This document shows positions 34,304 to 45,624 of a DNA stretch of 64,000 nt, piece by piece. The number at the start of each line of letters is the position of its first letter. Position 1 is the first letter of the stretch. The DNA comes from Candidatus Pacearchaeota archaeon. GTDB taxonomy: Archaea; Nanobdellota; Nanobdellia; UBA10117; JABICX01. The stretch is taken from NCBI GenBank assembly GCA_017608025.1, contig JAFCGM010000002.1, positions 6,250-70,249 of the forward strand, written 5' to 3'. The notes beneath the pieces were generated by a model. The model made no database searches. It was not told the origin of the DNA and worked only from the letters and a program-made list of their open reading frames with translations. The position numbers were made by a program, and so were the translations under genes.

Positions 34304-34679
34304 TTTCATCAATTTTTTCTTCTTTGTCTGGGCCAATTGCTAAAGCAGTATATGTTCCTGAATTTATTTGAGTTTTTCCTGCGTCCTGAATTACTGCAGT
34401 AATTAAATTACTGTCTTCTGCTTTTTGCTTGTATTTAAATAATTCAGATTTTGATGCAACTTTCAAGACAATTTTTTTCATTCCCTGATTTCGCCAATGT
34501 TTCACTGAGAAAGGGTCTGATTTTAAAACAGCTTCAACAGATGCATGGCTTGCTTGGGAAGCAATTTTTCCCTTTTTCATTTTCAAATCAGTTCTAATAA
34601 GAATTGCTTGCTTATATTCTTTTGATCTCATTTTCTTTTTCAGAGTTTTTATTATTCCCACAACAACTAAAATTAACAT
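34278..34679 (-). CDS. pth2: Peptidyl-tRNA hydrolase, archaeal type (PTH2)
   Basis: ...KQAILIRTDLKM...QASHASVEAV...TAVIQDAGKTQI... PTH2 signature. Confidence 0.85.
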   Translation of the reverse strand: MLILVVVGIIKTLKKKMRSKEYKQAILIRTDLKMKKGKIASQASHASVEAVLKSDPFSVKHWRNQGMKKIVLKVASKSELFKYKQKAEDSNLITAVIQDAGKTQINSGTYTALAIGPDKEEKIDEIISDLKLL

Positions 34680-34709
34680 TTAGAATTTAAAAAGATAATG
34701 TGTTTAGCT

Positions 34710-35894
34710 TCATTCATACTTTAAAGCGTCAGTGGGTTTCAGTTTGGCTGCTTTATATGCTGGCAGTGCTCCAGATGCTGCTCCGACAATTGCTGCAAAT
34801 AATATGCTTGTAATTATAATAGTTGGATTTATATAAACATTAAAATGAAATGGAAATGAAGAAGAAAATACTTCCATTGACTTTGCAAGAAGAGTTCCAA
34901 GAAAAGCTCCGATTGCTCCTCCGAGAAGGCCGAAAATTGCTGATTCAATCAGGAAAATCATCATAATATCTTTTCTTCCAGCGCCGATTGCCTTCATTAT
35001 TCCTATTTCTTTTGTTCTTTCAAGAACTGCAGTATACATTGTGTTCATTATTCCTATGCTTCCAACAAGGAGAGATATTGCAGCAACACCAACAAGAACA
35101 AAATTGATTATTCCCAGAATTGAATTTACTTGCTCAAGAATGTCTGCAGAAGTCATTACAATTAAGTCATCATCATTTCTTGCTCTTTTAATTTTTAGTT
35201 CAGCCTTATCTGCAACAGTCTCCACATCAAGCCCACTTCTTACTAATGCAGATATTGCGGCAATTTCATCTTTGCCTGAAATTTCAATTAGGTCGTCGTC
35301 AGAAACATAAACCTGCATATCGTCCTGAGAGCTTCCAATTTCCTCGAGAATTCCCACAACAACATATTTTTCTCCGTTTAAGTAAACTCTATTTTTAACA
35401 TGAATATCTTCATCAAAAATTTCATGAGCAACCAAATGTCCAAGCACTACTGATCTAGAATCCCCTTTTTCAATCCAGTGCCCATCGATTAATTCAAGCC
35501 CCATTTTCTTCAAAAGGTCAGGGTTACTAAGTTCAAAAGAGGCTGCTGTAACATATGCTTCATTGTCGTGAAATTCAATTTTTGCAGAAGTTACTCTTGT
35601 AGGTATTATTTCTTCAATTTCAGGCATTGACTGCAGGGTGCTTACATCTTTTTCAGTTATTATTTCTCCTCCAAAATTCATTGAACTCATCATGTTCTTT
35701 GGAGTTATAAAAATCATATTTGTGCCAAAGGATTCAAACTGCTCTTCAATTGATTGAGAAAGGGACTGGCTTAAGGTGAGAAGAGAAGTTATAGCAGCAA
35801 TTCCAATAATAATTCCAATAACAGTAAGCCAGCTGCGAAGCTTTCTATGTGAAATGCTTCTCAAAGCTAACCAGACATATTCAAGTATTTGCAT
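34710..35894 (-). CDS. ABC transporter permease, FtsX/MacB-like
   Basis: N-terminal TM helix, large extracytoplasmic domain, C-terminal 3-TM FtsX fold. Confidence 0.8.
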   Translation of the reverse strand: MQILEYVWLALRSISHRKLRSWLTVIGIIIGIAAITSLLTLSQSLSQSIEEQFESFGTNMIFITPKNMMSSMNFGGEIITEKDVSTLQSMPEIEEIIPTRVTSAKIEFHDNEAYVTAASFELSNPDLLKKMGLELIDGHWIEKGDSRSVVLGHLVAHEIFDEDIHVKNRVYLNGEKYVVVGILEEIGSSQDDMQVYVSDDDLIEISGKDEIAAISALVRSGLDVETVADKAELKIKRARNDDDLIVMTSADILEQVNSILGIINFVLVGVAAISLLVGSIGIMNTMYTAVLERTKEIGIMKAIGAGRKDIMMIFLIESAIFGLLGGAIGAFLGTLLAKSMEVFSSSFPFHFNVYINPTIIITSILFAAIVGAASGALPAYKAAKLKPTDALKYE

Positions 35895-36842
35895 TTATTT
35901 TTTCAGCATTTTCTTTTTTCTTATTCTTCTATAAATGAAGAATCCTGTTACTGCAATTACTGCAAACAAAAAATATATTCCATATGGCGCTGGTTTTTGG
36001 GCTAAACCATATTTGTATAGGTCTTTCTGAGAATACACGCGAATATCTATTGTCTGCTCATCCATGTAACTTCTACTGTTTGCATCAGTATATTCAAGTG
36101 TAAATGGAAGAGTTATTATTTTAGTTTCAGGATTTTTTGAATCTGATTTAAAATAAATGTCAAAAACTGCAGTTTCAAAATCATCTGACTCAAGTTCGCC
36201 AACATAAACTTCGTGCGGTGAAAGAACAATGTATTCATCTGTTTCATCAAGTGTTATTGTCAGGTATTTTGTATTTAGTGAGCCTTTATTTACAATGTTT
36301 GTTGTAATTCTTGATTTCTTGTTAAATGATACAGAATCCAAATCTTCAATTCCCACATCAACCCTTGGCTCTCCACCAGTTTTCACTGTTATTGTCACAG
36401 ATGTTTTTTTCATTTCTTTTTCACATTCGCTGTCGCTACATGAAATAAATTCAAGAGAATAATCTCCTGCTTTTGTGTTCTCATTTACAAAAAGCCTGTA
36501 ATCAAGAAGCTTATTCGAATTTGTTCCGATGATTCCTGTGCTTTTTATTGAATCTTCTCCCGGAACAAGGGAAAACGGATATTCTGGATTTACTTTTATG
36601 TATGCATTATCCAATTGCTCATTTCCAATATTCTGGACAGATATCCAAACGCGCAGAGTGTTGTCTGGCTCAGCAGGAACTGGGTCGTAGTCCTTAAGCA
36701 CAACCTTAACATCTGCATTTTCAGCTACAAGGGCCATTGCCGCAAACGGAACTATTACTAAAATTGTAAAAAGTGCGAAAAGCACTTTAATTGCTTTTTT
36801 CATTTTCAACTCTCCCATCTTTAAGATAAAACACTTTCTCAT
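35895..36842 (-). CDS. Exported protein with C-terminal membrane anchor (ABC-transporter-associated)
   Basis: Signal-like N-terminus, beta-rich body, C-terminal TM helix plus RRIRKKK. Co-transcribed with the permease and ATPase. Confidence 0.4.
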   Translation of the reverse strand: MRKCFILKMGELKMKKAIKVLFALFTILVIVPFAAMALVAENADVKVVLKDYDPVPAEPDNTLRVWISVQNIGNEQLDNAYIKVNPEYPFSLVPGEDSIKSTGIIGTNSNKLLDYRLFVNENTKAGDYSLEFISCSDSECEKEMKKTSVTITVKTGGEPRVDVGIEDLDSVSFNKKSRITTNIVNKGSLNTKYLTITLDETDEYIVLSPHEVYVGELESDDFETAVFDIYFKSDSKNPETKIITLPFTLEYTDANSRSYMDEQTIDIRVYSQKDLYKYGLAQKPAPYGIYFLFAVIAVTGFFIYRRIRKKKMLKK

Positions 36843-39009
36843 CTCGAGCTAATTTTTCGAAACGAGAATCGTGAGTTACGATTATTAATGTCTTATTTTT
36901 GTTTTTCCACAAATCAATTAAAATCTTCACAATCTTTTTTCCTGTTTTTGAATCAAGATTTCCTGTTGGCTCATCAGCAAGAATTATTTCTGGATCGTTT
37001 GCAAGAGAGCGGGCAATTGCAACTCTTTGTTGCTCTCCGCCAGACATTTCAGAAGGAAGATGATTTTTTCTGTGCTCAAGGCCAACTATATCCAAAAGCT
37101 CTGATGCTCTTTTAATTCGCTCTTCTTTAGATATATTCTGAAAGACCATTGTAAGAGCAACATTTTCAATTGCAGTAAGGCTTTGAATCAAGTTGAATTT
37201 CTGAAATACAAATCCTATTTTGCTTCCACGAATTTGTGCAAGCTCTGACTCTTCAAGAGAGGAAATGTCTTTTCCATTAAGATATATTTTGCCTTTTGTT
37301 GGAACATCAAGGCATCCAATCATGTTCATTGCTGTAGAATTATGAACAATAAACTCATTTGCTATAAAATTATCTGCACCAGGAACAGTTATGTCATAAA
37401 CTGTTGTCTTTTTATTTATTTTTTTGACTGCAATAACCTTATCCCAAAAAATATCTGAGTCGATTAACGCAGAAAGTTTATCTGTATTGATTTTGTTTTC
37501 TGAAAGAAGATTATTAATCAATTTTAATTTATTCACTGAAGGATTAATTCTTTTAGACTCATATGGATTAAGAACTTTATGAATTCTTCTTGATACTTTT
37601 ACTTTAGACTCTCTTCTAACTTTCTGTAATAATTCTCCACAAGGAATTACATCTACATTCGTATTCTCTTTGTTTTTTAAGTGGCTAAGAAGCCTTTTTT
37701 TCTTATCTGATGAAATAAAGCCAATGTGCTTCTCATACAATTTAAGATTGTTCAATCCAGAAATAGATAATAAATAATAAAATCTATTTGTTTTTTTATT
37801 AAATTTTTTGGGGAGTCTAGAAACAATTCCATACCTCAGAAGCAAATAATTTAATTGAGTGATAAGGTCTTTGCTTGCAAGAGTTATTGCTACTTCTTTT
37901 TTGTTTTTTGAAACATAACCATCACAATCAAACAATGCCCTAATAAAAGCAGCAATTTCTTTGTTAGAACATCTAAAAACAAATTCCGGCAGTTTTATTT
38001 TTCTTGATTTAAGATTTAGAGGAAAATTAAATATTTTATTGAAAAAAATAAGTAAGACCTTATTATTAACAGCTAATCTTGTATCCATAAATTTTTTTGC
38101 ATCAACTTCAAAAATTCGATTTACTAAATAAGAAAATCTCTCATTTATTTTTGGGTCTAAATTTGTAAATTTTATTCCATCCTTATCTAAATTTCCATCT
38201 CCTGCAATAAAGCCATATAGCTCCATTAAATCTTTAGAAATCTTTTTCGGCATTCTTACTTTATTGTGCGAACCTGCAGGAGTTATATAAAAATTACACT
38301 TATATTCAGAAATATCTGTACCACAGTAATCCATAATTTTCTTAAAATTCTCCAATGAAATATTATTATTATGTTTCCAAGCATCATAACTAAAGTAATT
38401 AAATTTCAGTTTCTTGCATAATTCCTTTCCAGAAATCTTTGAATTTTTGAGAAGTTTTCGGATTAATTTGCTTGAATCAAAGAGATATAATCTTTTGTTT
38501 GCACTTGCAAGTTTTAGCAAATCAATTTCTTGTTTTTTTGGTTTTGTATTTATTTTTCTTGCTGTGGCAACAAAAATTCCTTTTTTAAGATTTGTTGCGC
38601 GAATTTCACTGAAGCCATTAGAATCTAAAGTGAAAAAGGGATGTTCTGGAGTACTTACTATTTTTTTGCCTGAAGAAGTTGTAATTTCATAAATCTGATT
38701 CGCTTCTCGTTTATAAAAATCAGAGACTCTGAAAGGTTTAATTTTATTGGATTTTCTATCTAATGCAAGAACTTTATATTTCTTATATTTTCTTTCAAAA
38801 TCTTTTAGATTTATTAAAGAGCCATCTTCCAAAAACAATTTAGTGTCTCCAGTAAGGCATTTTCCACTGCCTGATGGGCCCATTATAACAACAAAATCTC
38901 CTTGATTTACTTTAAGGCTTAGGCCTCGGAGTGCTGGAACTTCCACTGCACCCATTTTATAAATCTTCCAAGCATCTTTGATTTTAATAAGTGTTTTTGA
39001 GGAAGTCAT
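36787..39009 (-). CDS. ABC transporter ATP-binding protein (MacB/LolD-type) interrupted by a 507-aa intein
   Basis: Extein N-part ends GPSGSGK, then intein CLTGDTK...IVHN, then extein resumes [16 protein letters not shown]-like SGGEQQR, Walker B ILADEPT and H-loop all present. Confidence 0.85.
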   Translation of the reverse strand: MTSSKTLIKIKDAWKIYKMGAVEVPALRGLSLKVNQGDFVVIMGPSGSGKCLTGDTKLFLEDGSLINLKDFERKYKKYKVLALDRKSNKIKPFRVSDFYKREANQIYEITTSSGKKIVSTPEHPFFTLDSNGFSEIRATNLKKGIFVATARKINTKPKKQEIDLLKLASANKRLYLFDSSKLIRKLLKNSKISGKELCKKLKFNYFSYDAWKHNNNISLENFKKIMDYCGTDISEYKCNFYITPAGSHNKVRMPKKISKDLMELYGFIAGDGNLDKDGIKFTNLDPKINERFSYLVNRIFEVDAKKFMDTRLAVNNKVLLIFFNKIFNFPLNLKSRKIKLPEFVFRCSNKEIAAFIRALFDCDGYVSKNKKEVAITLASKDLITQLNYLLLRYGIVSRLPKKFNKKTNRFYYLLSISGLNNLKLYEKHIGFISSDKKKRLLSHLKNKENTNVDVIPCGELLQKVRRESKVKVSRRIHKVLNPYESKRINPSVNKLKLINNLLSENKINTDKLSALIDSDIFWDKVIAVKKINKKTTVYDITVPGADNFIANEFIVHNSTAMNMIGCLDVPTKGKIYLNGKDISSLEESELAQIRGSKIGFVFQKFNLIQSLTAIENVALTMVFQNISKEERIKRASELLDIVGLEHRKNHLPSEMSGGEQQRVAIARSLANDPEIILADEPTGNLDSKTGKKIVKILIDLWKNKNKTLIIVTHDSRFEKLARDEKVFYLKDGRVENEKSN
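37339..38859 (-). other. Intein with LAGLIDADG homing-endonuclease domain, inserted in the Walker A P-loop (GSGK^ST)
   Basis: Block A Cys1 (CLTGDTKL), LAGLIDADG pair [11 protein letters not shown] / [12 protein letters not shown], terminal HN followed by +1 Ser. Confidence 0.8.
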
Positions 39010-39315
39010 TGCAAGATATTATATTAATTATCGAATATATATTTATTGTCTGTTCGAAACATTTATATATTACAGAATACACTTTTAACTACTTAAAAAT
39101 GGTAATTGGAAACATCATTGTTTATAATTTAAGCAATGGATATGGGCTGAATTTCTCTAGCATGTTTGAAGGAGACTGCAATATGATAAACAATGGGCAG
39201 TGCTTTCATGGAGAAGTTTCTGAAAGATATATTGAAAAGGAATTTTCAAAAATAAATTCATATCATTTCGCAGATAAAGGTTAATTTTTTATTAACTCAT
39301 TTATATTGTTTTTCA

Positions 39316-40692
39316 ATGCTAGGCAAACTTTCTCTAATCGGATTAATTGTTGCTATTTGTGGATTTGCACTAATGTATTTAAGGCTTTTTCCGCAATTTT
39401 CTATTATTATTGCACTAATTGGTGGTGGGATTGCTGTTTTTTCTGTTGTTGCATGGATAATAAAGCACAATTCTCAAAAGATAGATGTGGACTTTAAAGA
39501 CAGTATGTTAAGCAAAACATTTGAAACCGAAGAAAAAGGATTAAAAAGAATTTTCAAGTGGGCTGCAAGAGATCGAGGAAATTTAAGAATTCTTTCAAAA
39601 GAAAGCAGAAGCATTGGTGATGATTTGTCTAGCGCTTCAAAGGAAGTGGAAAAAGAAAAGCAGGATGCTTTGGAAAAAATTGAAGAAATAAAAGAAATTG
39701 ATGCTAAAATTAATGAAATTAATAATAAAATAAAAAGTGCTGCTGAAAATGGATTTGAAGGAAATGCTGTTAAATCTCTTCAGGAAGAAAAAGAAAAATT
39801 ATTGGAGAAAAGAAAAAATCTTGCTAGAGCATATGAAAAAGAAGTTAGTGAATTTAAAGAAGCAAAGGAAGAACGCCTTGAGAAAGTCAAAGAAATTTTA
39901 AAAAAACTACAGCAATTCAGGCAAAAAATAAATACATTTGAAACAAAATTTGATATTCATTCAAAAAAAATTGTTAGTCTTGGAAATAAATTTTTGGGCA
40001 TAAATTCAGAAAAAAGTGCTGAAGATTTGAAAAAAGAAATATCAAAAAAATTGAGGCAAGAGCAAGAAGATGCTATTTCCCAATTAAAAAACTCTCGCGG
40101 AATTAAAAAATTTCTAAAAGACAAAAACATATCAAAACTGTCTGACCTTGCTACCTTGAATATTGGCAGGGTTAATGATGATTTTGAAAACATAGGAATA
40201 AAAGCAAAAAATATTGTGGAAAATTCAAAAAAATATTTTGAAATAATTCATCCGCAAGCTGAACAATTTTCAAAAAATGCTGTTATTTTTTCAAAAGCTC
40301 TTGACAAACAAAAAGAAAGAATTGTTGATGTTGAAAATCTCTGTGAAGAAATTGTAAAAAATCCGCAGATGGCAACTGAAGAAAATTTTCAGAAAATAAC
40401 AAAAGGAATGGATATAATTGGAAACTCTTTGAAAGTTCTGAGCAAAAGGGAAAAAATCCAAGTAAAACTTATTGGCCAAATTCTTCGCCTTAATAAAGAA
40501 ATGGGGGCTACGTTTGATGAAGATTTTTCAAATTTAAAAAAATATCTAAATGATATTGTAAAAGTTAGTGAAAAAACTATTATGAGAGCTATTGCTAAAA
40601 AGGATATTAAAGAAGGTGCAATTGATTCAAAAAGTCCGAGAGATAATTTAGATGTTAAAAAAGCAATTGATGAAGGTCTTGAAATAACTTAA
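39316..40692 (+). CDS. Membrane-anchored coiled-coil protein
   Basis: Two N-terminal TM helices, then ~400 aa of K/E-rich heptad-like sequence. Confidence 0.4.
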   Translation: MLGKLSLIGLIVAICGFALMYLRLFPQFSIIIALIGGGIAVFSVVAWIIKHNSQKIDVDFKDSMLSKTFETEEKGLKRIFKWAARDRGNLRILSKESRSIGDDLSSASKEVEKEKQDALEKIEEIKEIDAKINEINNKIKSAAENGFEGNAVKSLQEEKEKLLEKRKNLARAYEKEVSEFKEAKEERLEKVKEILKKLQQFRQKINTFETKFDIHSKKIVSLGNKFLGINSEKSAEDLKKEISKKLRQEQEDAISQLKNSRGIKKFLKDKNISKLSDLATLNIGRVNDDFENIGIKAKNIVENSKKYFEIIHPQAEQFSKNAVIFSKALDKQKERIVDVENLCEEIVKNPQMATEENFQKITKGMDIIGNSLKVLSKREKIQVKLIGQILRLNKEMGATFDEDFSNLKKYLNDIVKVSEKTIMRAIAKKDIKEGAIDSKSPRDNLDVKKAIDEGLEIT

Positions 40693-41663
40693 TCAAACTT
40701 CATAATTCTGTCTTTGAAGTCTTTTTTAATTAACAAACAAACTCTGCTGCGTGGGTGCTCGTCAATTATTTTCCAATTAAGTTTTTTTGCAAGTTTTTTT
40801 GAAAATTCCTGAATATCTTTGTGATATGGCATTGCTTCTTTTGGCATTCTTTTTCTTGATGCCCCCACCCACATATAAGCCTTGATTTCAACCATTGTTT
40901 TTTCATCATTTTCTGCTGCTTTTTTAATCAAGTCGGCATAATCTTTTATGTGAGAATCATTAAATCCTTTCATTAAGGTGATTCTAAGAACTTTTCTGCA
41001 ATTAAGTTCTGGCAAAAGTTTTAGGGTTTCTTGGATTTTTTCCCAGGAATCCTTAATCAAAGGAATATTTATTTTTTTGTGCTCCTCTTTTCTCGGAGTG
41101 TCTATTGAAACATAAAGCTGTGTTGGGAGGGCATTTTCTTTTTTCAGTTTTTTGAGCATTTCTGGAACTGAACCGTTTGTTACAAGGAATGTTGTTTTTC
41201 CACGAGAATGAATTTCCTTTATTAACTCTGGAAGTTTTTTATAGAGCGTTGGTTCTCCTGTTAAAGAAATTGCAAAATGCATTGGCTCTTGGGCTTGCTT
41301 GAATTTTTTCTGATCTACATCAGCATTTCCTCCGAAACCAGAGAGTTTTCTTCTCTGGGCTATGATGCAGGCATCAATTATTTCTTTTGGTGAATCAACA
41401 TCAGAAGGCATTGAAATTCCCTGATTAAGTTCGTGGGCGCGCCAGCAGTATCTGCACTTGAAATTGCAGTAGCCGGTTGCAGGAGACATCTGGCAGCAAA
41501 GGTGGCTTCTTATTCCGTAAAACTGCTGCTTGTAACAAACTCCCTGCCCCAAAAGAGACTTTTTACACCATGAACAAATTTCAACAGAAGTGTGCGCTCC
41601 AACTACTTCATAATGCATATTTTCCAATGAATCTTTTAGTTTCTTATCCATCGATTTCATCAT
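40689..41663 (-). CDS. taw1: Radical-SAM tRNA wyosine-biosynthesis enzyme Taw1/TYW1
   Basis: CNFKCRYCWR radical-SAM cluster motif plus an N-terminal ...VGAHTSVEICSWCKKSL...CYK..FYGI.SH.C segment, the auxiliary-cluster region typical of TYW1. Confidence 0.7.
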   Translation of the reverse strand: MMKSMDKKLKDSLENMHYEVVGAHTSVEICSWCKKSLLGQGVCYKQQFYGIRSHLCCQMSPATGYCNFKCRYCWRAHELNQGISMPSDVDSPKEIIDACIIAQRRKLSGFGGNADVDQKKFKQAQEPMHFAISLTGEPTLYKKLPELIKEIHSRGKTTFLVTNGSVPEMLKKLKKENALPTQLYVSIDTPRKEEHKKINIPLIKDSWEKIQETLKLLPELNCRKVLRITLMKGFNDSHIKDYADLIKKAAENDEKTMVEIKAYMWVGASRKRMPKEAMPYHKDIQEFSKKLAKKLNWKIIDEHPRSRVCLLIKKDFKDRIMKFD

Positions 41664-41910
41664 CTATAGTCTGATAAGATTTAGAATATTTTTTACCATT
41701 AACGTCAAGGCATTTCCATACATAATATAAAATTAAAGAACCTGTAAGAGTTAATCCTACATTTGCAGCAACAGTAAGTGGTACTGAATCTCCATATTCA
41801 AGAGTTCCATTCTTTACATAATTAATTGCTTCAACAGAAATTGGAAGTAAACTTGAAACTGCTAAATGTGGAAGGTATTGTTTTAAACCCATAATAATTT
41901 TTCTAACCAA
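41644..41910 (-). CDS. Small membrane protein
   Basis: Two TM helices. Confidence 0.3.
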   Translation of the reverse strand: MVRKIIMGLKQYLPHLAVSSLLPISVEAINYVKNGTLEYGDSVPLTVAANVGLTLTGSLILYYVWKCLDVNGKKYSKSYQTIDDEIDG

Positions 41911-41950
41911 AAAAACCTTTTAAAGCTATTGGTTAAAGCGGCTTTGACGA

Positions 41951-42937
41951 TTAAAACGCCTGTTTATAGTCAGGAGCGTCTCTTGGCGAAAAATCAATCT
42001 CAATATCAAAAGAAAAAATAGCTTTCACCAAAATACAAATATTATAAACCAAACATTTCAAATACAATTCATTTACTTGAGATTCAAAGTTCTTAAAATA
42101 TAATTTAGCACCAAACTTACGCTTTAATGCACTGAAGCTTGCTTCTACATTAGACCTTTTGTGATAGTGCTTATAGAATTTACTTCTATTCTTACGGAAC
42201 AGTTCCAATGAAGTTTTCCAAACACCGCTTTTTCTCTTCATTCCACAATTACTTCTGAAAGGAATATATGGAACGCCACCATAATGATGAACCGTCTCTA
42301 AATTATGCCTAGAAGAATATGCTTTATCTCCTAATACTTCATCAATCTTGAAATTCTCAGCAGTTCTTGAAACTAACTTATCAAATTCAGGAGAATCATG
42401 ACATTCACCTGTAGTAATTTCAAGAGAAGTAATTACATTCGTAAAAATCCCACACATTGCATGACATTTAACAAATTTATGCCTGTCATTATATCCGACT
42501 CTTGAATCAAACCATCTCTCATAACTATTAGTTGAGAATCCAGTCGAATCAACTGCAAACCTAGTCTCCAAGTATTTCAAAGGCATAGCAGACATCATAA
42601 GTAAATAATTCAATGTTGGGGTCAAAGATTTTCTTCTCATGTAGTCCGTAACAGAAGAATGATGTGGGACTTTTTTAATATATCCCATATCTTTGAGAAA
42701 CCATAATTGAGATGTAAGTGTTCTTGAAGGCATCCCAAAATATAACTTCATAGCTAGGCAGAAGATTACATCCTTTTGATTGTGCATTGGACGACCTTTT
42801 TTCTTTATTGGTTCCGATACAGTTTCATCCAATAGATTTCTGAGGATTTCAACAAAGAGTCTACCTTCCTTAGTTTGCGCTTTATTGTAGGAAGTCCAGT
42901 CTCTATCTTTTGTGAATTCTTTAATTTTTGATTGCAT
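41951..42937 (-). mobile_element. IS5/IS4-superfamily DDE transposase gene (IS ends not resolved)
   Basis: DDE_Tnp_1-like blocks FAVDSTGF, LGDKAYSS, EASFSALKRKFG. Confidence 0.7.
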
Positions 42938-42959
42938 TTTTCTTTAATTTCCATTTTTG

Positions 42960-43090
42960 ATATATAGACTTTATTAGTCTAATATCTCATTATTATTAGT
43001 CTTTATAAATATTTCGAAAATGTTACTATCTTAGACTAATAACTTTTAGACTAACGAAACATTAATATATGTTTAATTAGACTATTATAT
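42960..43090. repeat. Iteron-like array of TAGACTAAT / ATTAGTCTA motifs, with palindrome tagactttattagtcta
   Basis: At least 5 copies in 130 bp, directly upstream of two small regulatory-type genes. Confidence 0.5.
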
Positions 43091-43306
43091 ATGAACGAAA
43101 AGATTCCTAAAAACGTGTTAAAGGAACTAGAATTTAAGGTTGACAAGAAGCCAATTAGGATTGCTGGAAAAATCATCGCAGAAGCTCATCAAGTTTCAAT
43201 TCGGCTTCCAAAAGAGATTAAAGCTGAATTGGATTTGTCTCAAGGTTCTCATCCTTGCGAGATTGAACTTATTGATAATAAAACATTGAAGGTGCATATA
43301 AAATGA
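43091..43306 (+). CDS. Small hypothetical protein (possible AbrB/SpoVT-like DNA binder)
   Basis: 71 aa. Its stop overlaps the next ORF's start (ATGA). Confidence 0.3.
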   Translation: MNEKIPKNVLKELEFKVDKKPIRIAGKIIAEAHQVSIRLPKEIKAELDLSQGSHPCEIELIDNKTLKVHIK

Positions 43307-43506
43307 AACCAAATTTAAAACCTATTGGAAATAAAGTACTTAGGGTTGTTGTTAATAGACGGACATTTATCAGTACAAAAGAAGTTGCTGAAAAGTCGGG
43401 CGTTTCTTGGAATACTGCTCTAACTTACTTGAGGAAGTTTTACAATAAAGGTTGGTTGTCTAAGAAGTCTGTTGGGAATCGGACTTATTGGAAGGCTAGA
43501 GTGTAA
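43303..43506 (+). CDS. Small winged-helix DNA-binding protein
   Basis: ...FISTKEVAEKSGVSWNTALTYLRKF... helix-turn-helix pattern. Confidence 0.45.
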   Translation: MKPNLKPIGNKVLRVVVNRRTFISTKEVAEKSGVSWNTALTYLRKFYNKGWLSKKSVGNRTYWKARV

Positions 43507-43534
43507 AAAAAAGAAAAATATGACTGAATAAAAT

Positions 43535-43840
43535 TTATTCATATTCAGGCAATTTTCCCAAGTTATCCTCAGCAGTATTATTTCTATCAGTTCTTATGAA
43601 TTTAATATTTCCAATAGTAACAATACCTACATCTTCTCCGTTTTTCCATTTATTATTCTTAAGTGTTGCCGTAACAAATGTTTTTCCGCTTTCAATTAAT
43701 TCAACAACTTTCTCTCTTTTTATTCTTCGTTCATTTGAGAGTTTCTCTCCAGTATCATCTCTAACTTTAACTTCGAGAATATGTCGTTTTTCATCTCTAA
43801 ATTTTACGCCTACGATTGCATAATCCGCCCATTTATCCAT
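43535..43840 (-). CDS. DUF3892-like small protein
   Basis: ...ADYAIVGVKF...ILEVKV... pattern. Low confidence. Confidence 0.3.
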   Translation of the reverse strand: MDKWADYAIVGVKFRDEKRHILEVKVRDDTGEKLSNERRIKREKVVELIESGKTFVTATLKNNKWKNGEDVGIVTIGNIKFIRTDRNNTAEDNLGKLPEYE

Positions 43841-43920
43841 TTAAATCACTATACATCTATTCTTATATCTATTTATAAAAGATTATAGCATTTAAAGTAT
43901 ACTTACTTAAACAGACAAAT

Positions 43921-44358
43921 TTAGAATGTTGTCTTACTTAAATCAATATCTTCTTCTTTTGGATAATATCTTTTTATTTCTTTAAATAACGCATTCAAAT
44001 CATGTAGATAATCACTAACTTCATTAGAAGTAAAATTTGCTTCATAAAAATTTTGATGTAATCCCTTCATATTCCGAATATATTTTCTTAGATATTCTTT
44101 TTTAATTTCTTTCACAAATTCATACATATAATCTATTACTTCTTTATGTTCAGTTAAGCGAATATTACGTGTAATTGCTAATGCTTTTAACGCTAATACG
44201 AAAGAACCCCAGAAAAATTCTGATGCTTTTTCAGGTCTGGTCTCTAGAAATTTAATACCATTCTCATAATATAAATCACTTTTATCTTTATAATGTATAA
44301 AATTTAGTAGTGCTTCACTACTCAATTTTGAGGAAGTTTCCATCTTTATCAAATACAA
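43921..44358 (-). CDS. Hypothetical protein
   Basis: 145-aa ORF with no motif. Confidence 0.3.
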   Translation of the reverse strand: MYLIKMETSSKLSSEALLNFIHYKDKSDLYYENGIKFLETRPEKASEFFWGSFVLALKALAITRNIRLTEHKEVIDYMYEFVKEIKKEYLRKYIRNMKGLHQNFYEANFTSNEVSDYLHDLNALFKEIKRYYPKEEDIDLSKTTF

Positions 44359-44636
44359 TTATCTTGAGTTTCTCTTCAACAATTCCAATATCAACTGATA
44401 CCCTCCAATTTTTATTTCCATTTGGAGGAGCTAATTTAACAACTTTGACCCAGCTATATCCTAATTTCTTTAATCGTTCGATTGCCTTATCCGCAATTAT
44501 TTCTGATGTTACTGTCATAATAAACACCTCTTTGGAACTTTTTATCATAAGAAAGATATTTAAGGATTATGATATTCAAAAGTGACCAAAAAGTTGACTT
44601 CCATACTATTATCTAAACAAATCAAGTATAAAAAGA

Positions 44637-45245
44637 TTATTCACAAACCTCTTCAGTCCTGAACTTTGTAACAGGTCGTGTTTTCTCAACATCTCTGTAT
44701 CGAATTACATTCTCACAGACTTGCTTTGTAGGGATTTCTTCAACATCAAAGTCAGTATAAACCTCTTCAGTAGGAATGTTCTTTACATATTCCCACATAA
44801 AAGTCTGTTCGTCTTCTGGTTCGATGTAATGTCTACGAATTCCACCATCAACTTCTCCACTCATGCCTTGGAAAGTCATTCTGAAAGCCCATCGTCCACC
44901 TTCATCATCCATATTTTTTAGGATAAATGTATAAATATTTTTATCTTTGACGCATTCCCATTCCTTGCAGTCTCTAGTCCAAAAACTTTCTTCAATACAG
45001 TTCTGTTCAATACATACAGTTTCCATATTTACTCCCTGAATAACCTTTGATTTTAAATTAACCGTCTCACATTCTTTGCTTGTGTAAGGTTCGCTTTCGG
45101 TGTAGGTTTCATTAAATTCATACGCTATTTGAACCTCACGACATTCAGGTACAATCGGAAGTGAAACCGTTTGCCCACCCGTAAGACAACCACTAAACAG
45201 AACGATTGTTAAGATTGAGAATATGACAATAAGTGCGGATTTCAT
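44637..45245 (-). CDS. Cys-rich secreted lipoprotein
   Basis: Signal peptide with a lipobox-like LFSGC, plus many Cys/Glu residues. Confidence 0.45.
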   Translation of the reverse strand: MKSALIVIFSILTIVLFSGCLTGGQTVSLPIVPECREVQIAYEFNETYTESEPYTSKECETVNLKSKVIQGVNMETVCIEQNCIEESFWTRDCKEWECVKDKNIYTFILKNMDDEGGRWAFRMTFQGMSGEVDGGIRRHYIEPEDEQTFMWEYVKNIPTEEVYTDFDVEEIPTKQVCENVIRYRDVEKTRPVTKFRTEEVCE

Positions 45246-45624
45246 ATAATTAATGTTTATGTATATTTATTTAAAGTTTATTATAGTTGAATATTTTGGG
45301 AAAGTATTCTTTATTTGATAAAAGAGTTTATTTTTTATAAAATTACTGAGAAAGGGAAGACTGTTCTTGAATTAATTTAGAAATTTATTAATTATTTAAG
45401 TATAACTAAAAGGATTGTAGCTATCGCTAAGCCCCATGTAGCAAAAACAAGCCATTTAGTCCACTTAAACATTTTATATTGAAGATATAAACTATGTAAT
45501 TCTTTTTCATGGTTATCTGCATGTCCATAAAAATTATACGGTTTTTTTCTAAGACTCATTACACCTTCATAGAATTCTTTCATAAATCTAAGAAATCCTT
45601 TATCAAGCGTTCCTTTATCTTCCA

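Noticed and set aside
41915-43000. Attempt to define terminal inverted repeats and a TSD for the IS5-family transposase.
   Set aside because: No convincing terminal inverted repeat pair could be identified by eye in the AT-rich flanks. Only the transposase gene is reported.
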